This document shows positions 63,518 to 64,000 of a DNA stretch of 64,000 nt, one piece after another. Source of the stretch: Nostoc sp. DedSLP01 (GTDB lineage Bacteria > Cyanobacteriota > Cyanobacteriia > Cyanobacteriales > Nostocaceae); NCBI GenBank assembly GCA_034530875.2, contig JAVRCJ020000020.1, positions 32,001 through 96,000 on the forward strand, written 5' to 3'. The stretch's first letter is position 1, and the number at the start of each line of letters is the position of its first letter. The notes under the pieces were generated by a model that worked only from the letters and a program-made list of their open reading frames with translations, searched no databases and was not told the origin of the DNA. Position numbers and translations under genes: made by a program.

Positions 63518-64000
63518 CTATTTTTTTTCTTCTCTTGCTTTTTTCTCTTGTAATATCTTTTTCACTCTTGCTTGAATTTCTAGATGACGCCCCACTCCTT
63601 CATAGGCGTAACGATTATAACTACTACGGATAATCAGGTTTTCTAAATCGCTAACTCTTTCGCTACCGCCAGGGTGAGAAGATAACCAACTAGGAGGAGC
63701 ATTTTTTTGCTGTTTATCTAATGTCACCATTAAGTTACGTAAACCATCAGCAGCATAACCAGAAGCTACAATTAAGCGCGTGCCGAGTGTATCTGCTTGA
63801 CGTTCCATGTCTCGGCTGTAACTGAGTGCAAACAGTTGACCGATGGTGCCGCCTAAAGGTAGATATTGGGTAACGTTGGAGATTAAGTTGCCTTGGGTGA
63901 CTAATTGAAAACCGTGAGATAAGACCACATGGGATAATTCATGACCAATTAAACCAGCTAATTCTGCTTCGGAATTAGTCTTGGCGATCGCACCCGCATT
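63518..64000 (-). CDS. M48 family metalloprotease, C-terminal part (start outside the window)
   Basis: ELAGLIGHELSH (HEXXH), YSRDMERQAD and WLSSHP..SER. Confidence 0.9.
   Translation of the reverse strand, partial: NAGAIAKTNSEAELAGLIGHELSHVVLSHGFQLVTQGNLISNVTQYLPLGGTIGQLFALSYSRDMERQADTLGTRLIVASGYAADGLRNLMVTLDKQQKNAPPSWLSSHPGGSERVSDLENLIIRSSYNRYAYEGVGRHLEIQARVKKILQEKKAREEKK

Noticed and set aside
1..64000. High density of GCGATCGC
   Set aside because: This is HIP1, a known genome-wide cyanobacterial feature; used only as a taxonomic clue.

Overview
64 kb of chromosome from a filamentous cyanobacterium, most likely Nostocales. This is inferred from the abundant HIP1 octamer GCGATCGC, heptamer STRR tandem repeats, psaX, ycf51, an HCP gene, a COP23 gene and a cyanobacteriochrome. 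Most of the window is housekeeping and signalling backbone: natD-like permease, psaX, lipA, an HstK-type STK-AAA-GAF-HK, dnaK with two J-domain genes and DUF3143, lysA-cdaA-uppS, rimI, clpC, ycf51, hisG, and a CBCR kinase / Rcp1-like regulator / hybrid kinase cluster. Small accessory inserts sit in this backbone. (1) An orphan DUF4157 (eCIS-effector-type) gene has a mirror-symmetric six-Cys glycine-zipper C-terminus and is bracketed by an ungapped 85-bp direct repeat, which suggests an exchangeable effector cassette. This is the best candidate for an undescribed system. (2) Two toxin-antitoxin-like pairs follow clpC. (3) An arsenic operon uses an aquaporin instead of ArsB/Acr3, and its arsI carries a 1-nt frameshift. 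(4) A gene-less run of three + strand terminators may be an sRNA cluster. (5) Many MITE, SDR and STRR elements are present, several inserted in frame into proteins. I found no rRNA, tRNA, CRISPR array, transposase, integrase or reverse transcriptase. Family calls come from motif recognition by eye; no database search was run.
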